Below, piece by piece: positions 61,137-64,000 of a DNA stretch of 64,000 bases. The translations under genes were made by a program, and so were the position numbers. Under the pieces are notes generated by a model. That model was not told where the DNA came from, did no database searches, and saw only the letters and a list, made by a program, of their open reading frames with translations. The DNA is from Nemertoderma westbladi (Eukaryota; Animalia; Xenacoelomorpha): assembly GCA_032718475.1 (NCBI GenBank), contig JAUCBJ010004084.1, forward strand, positions 1-64,000, written 5' to 3'. The number at the start of each line of letters is the position of its first letter. Position 1 is the stretch's first letter.

Positions 61137-62591
61137 CAACATACGGAGTGGGTGTGTGACTACATTATTTTATATTTATTTTATTATTTTATATTATGTA
61201 TGTATTATTATGTAATTTTATTATAATCGTTTTCTTTAATTTTATTTAGTAGAATGTTATTTAGTGATTATTTAGTAGATTAGTGCAATATATTAGTGTT
61301 TATTACTTAATTACTTATATATTATATTTAGTGCGACGGCGAGAAATAATTCTTTTTCTCTTTCCTTACTGTCCGTATTACATTACGAATACGTAACTAC
61401 AGTAAGATGAAATGTCCGTACTTATTAAAGTACAATAAAGCCACTACTATATTCAAGTATTATTGGTAGGCAGAGTATTAGGAATGCAAAGTTCAGATCC
61501 TCGTGTCTCGGCTAAACCAAGCTCTGGGTAGACCTTGGAAACGACTTGCCTCTTCACACTGACATTGCTTCGTGCGATATTGCTCTCATACCGTATATTA
61601 AATAATACATATAGTAGCGTGATGTCCCTTTAACAGTAGCGTATAACGCAAAATAAATCTGTTGAACCCTTTGACCATCTGCAATTCTAGTCGATTAAGA
61701 TATCGCGGCACCCACCGATATACTTGAAAGACAAAATTCTAGAATCAGTGGTTAACGTCCCCAGACAAGTTCTGGAATAAATCGGTGCCCATCTCAAATA
61801 TTAATTATTTAATATTTGCAAATCTAATAAATCAAAATCTGTAAAATTCAGATCCTTCAACAATTCTAGTCAATTAAGACATCGTAGCATTTACCGATAT
61901 TCTTAAAAAGACAATTTTCATAGAATTAAGGATCTTGTGTCCCCAGACCTGTTCTAGAATCAAAACATGTCAATTTAATTATCAAATAATAAAATTTCAG
62001 GGAATAAATTTAAATTCATGCCTTTTAATGAATTTAATAAATTGCCATTTTTACGCAATTTATAACATTCCCAAAATTCCATTAATTAATAGATCAAGGG
62101 AGCGGAGATTTATCTTCTTATGCGTATGAGTGTGCGAAAGTCTCCCAAACATAGTCAGTAGCCGATAAAATTCATAAAGCCATGTATAAAACAGGACATT
62201 GACCATTAAAGAATTACTATTAAATAACATCCCAGATCTGTATGCATTGGAATTACCCTAATTCTACCGCTAGCTTTGCATAATGTCACCATAGCAACAA
62301 CCACGCTAGAATTAGAATTGAGTTAAAAGAAAAATAGAAAGCTTGTCCCATTGAATAGCATAGGGAATAAATAGCGCACTGCTAGTATCCAAGGATACAT
62401 GATAATAACGTGACATTCTGGAAGGCACTGACTAACGGACAAGTGACCCGAGTGTGTGTAATTTGTGACAAGTTGTGTGTGTGGTATTTGTGAGTTTATA
62501 GGCGAATGTTACTACTAAGGTGTGTTTACAGTAGCGAGTCGCAATTGTGAAAGTAACCCTAACTCTCCAGTAAGAACCTGAGGTGTATCTA

Positions 62592-62716
62592 AGCCTTTGG
62601 GACGGACAGTCGAGTGACTTGTGCCGGTTGTCGTTGTCGTTGTGCGGCTACGTCGTTGGCGAAAGTACAGCGGCGACGACACATCGGCGCTGAGGATCTC
62701 GCACTGTCCGGGGGCT
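62592..62716 (+). other. Long G-U-rich RNA stem-loop
   Basis: Nested pairings AGCCTT/GGGGCT, CGGACAGT/ACTGTCCG, CGAG/CTCG, GCCGGT/ATCGGC, GTCGTTGTCGTTGTGC/GTACAGCGGCGACGAC. Confidence 0.7.
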
Positions 62717-62792
62717 GATTGGGGTAGGCAGCGACGCTCGCTAGCCTAAATATAAACTCATTATAATATTAATAAACTCATATATAGCAGAT

Positions 62793-63890
62793 ATGACGGA
62801 GTTGATAGAAGATGGTCTTGGTATCAGGGAGCGATATACTCTACTTTCAAGCGTTTGTTGATAGCTTGATACGCGGTGATACTAGTCCAACTACTACGGA
62901 GGATGATGGTAGTTATATCGAACCTACGATTTCCTGGAAGTAACTTACGCGTGAATTGGACTATTGAAAATTCACCGCTCGCTATACGCATCGTAATGGT
63001 ACGTATATGGACTTCTTGACTACTGGTCATCCTATTGATTTACACGACACCGACGATATAGACACCGAAAGGGAAATGGTTTTATTTAAATATCATACCC
63101 AGCGGAGTCGAAACGATAAATCGAGAATAGAACACGAGAACTCTATTCGAAACAGACTCGAGAGGGAAGACGTTGAAGAACCTGATAAACGTCGCGACTT
63201 CAACGATTATCTAGAATTCCTAAGAGAGACCTATCTCAATATTGCCAGTCAACAAAACCTCGAAACTCGATATCCTCAAGGTATACATCCAGACCCTATG
63301 ATGGAACTCAAACGGCTCTATTTTACGATGATGTATCTTACCGCCGATCGACCGCTACCTGTCGTTCCAGATAGCTTCGAACAGATGGAGGAATATTGTA
63401 AAACTGGAGAGCGATCACCCGCGTTTCCCCTTCAAGACGTGCGTCTTTGGTATTATTACGATAAATGCCCTAGACCCAGCCAATAAACGGAAAGACATAA
63501 ACATCCACGGAAACGTTGTGTTAAACACAGTTGTGCTCGTTATATTTACTGGAGTTTCGAGCGAAACTTGTTTGACGTATCACCTATGCTCACTCGGCTC
63601 GAACGATCCTGGAGTAAACCTACGATCAGAGTCCCGGAATACTCGGTCAAACCTCCTCATTCCTTAGTAGGACCTCAGACCTGCGATCCTGGTGGTGTCG
63701 CGGATCCTCGCGGACTGTATTCACTGTTCAAAGATCTAGTGCTACCCTAACAATTAATCGGTAACACTCCGACAGTGATTTCTAGCTAGCCGCCCATCTT
63801 ACCTAGCCGGATTGTGATGCAGATACCTAATATCACTATCCAACCGTATGGTCGTCCCCGTTTAACGCGATACAACCCTTCATCAAGGTG
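62793..63890 (+). pseudogene. Decayed orphan ORF of unknown function downstream of the BEL-like ORF
   Basis: ORFs 63007-63486 and 63568-63750 share a frame with one stop between them; the frame continues upstream with two stops; composition is coding-like. Confidence 0.5.
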
Positions 63891-64000
63891 AAGGAGAGCG
63901 TTGTACGAAACGAGTTAAACGCTATTCTATAAAGATCAAAAAAGAAACCAGCGTTTGTTCAGATAAACGTAAGTTATAACAGTAAGTCCAATCGATAAAC

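Noticed and set aside
62655-62700. Hammerhead ribozyme (GAAA ... CTGAGGA)
   Set aside because: Stems I-III cannot be built around the core; the bases are used in a simple long hairpin

Overview
AT-rich eukaryotic (probably invertebrate animal) DNA made almost entirely of nested transposable elements and minisatellites; I recognise no host gene. It holds four minisatellites, non-LTR retroelements (two RTE copies with (TAG)n tails, CR1/L2 fragments, a CRE-like RT+RLE remnant, one near-intact EN+RT LINE), a TTAA piggyBac-type MITE, a Ty1/Copia element and two BEL/Pao ORFs. The most unusual feature is an intact, intronless 819-aa ORF (23868->21409) with DEDDy (WRN/EXD/Mut-7/Nibbler-type) 3'-5' exonuclease motifs followed by three CCHC zinc knuckles. 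It lies head-to-head with a BEL/Pao gag-pol across a tRNA-like/CCAAT/TATA/PBS-like module. A decayed, divergent paralog (13.3-14.4 kb) lies next to a second, homologous copy of that module. The second BEL-like element has lost RT/RNase H/integrase in frame and is followed by a long RNA hairpin and another orphan ORF. Together these suggest a BEL/Pao lineage carrying accessory genes, one a possible RNA-directed nuclease. All domain calls are by eye; no searches were run, and the BEL LTR boundaries cannot be fixed inside this window.
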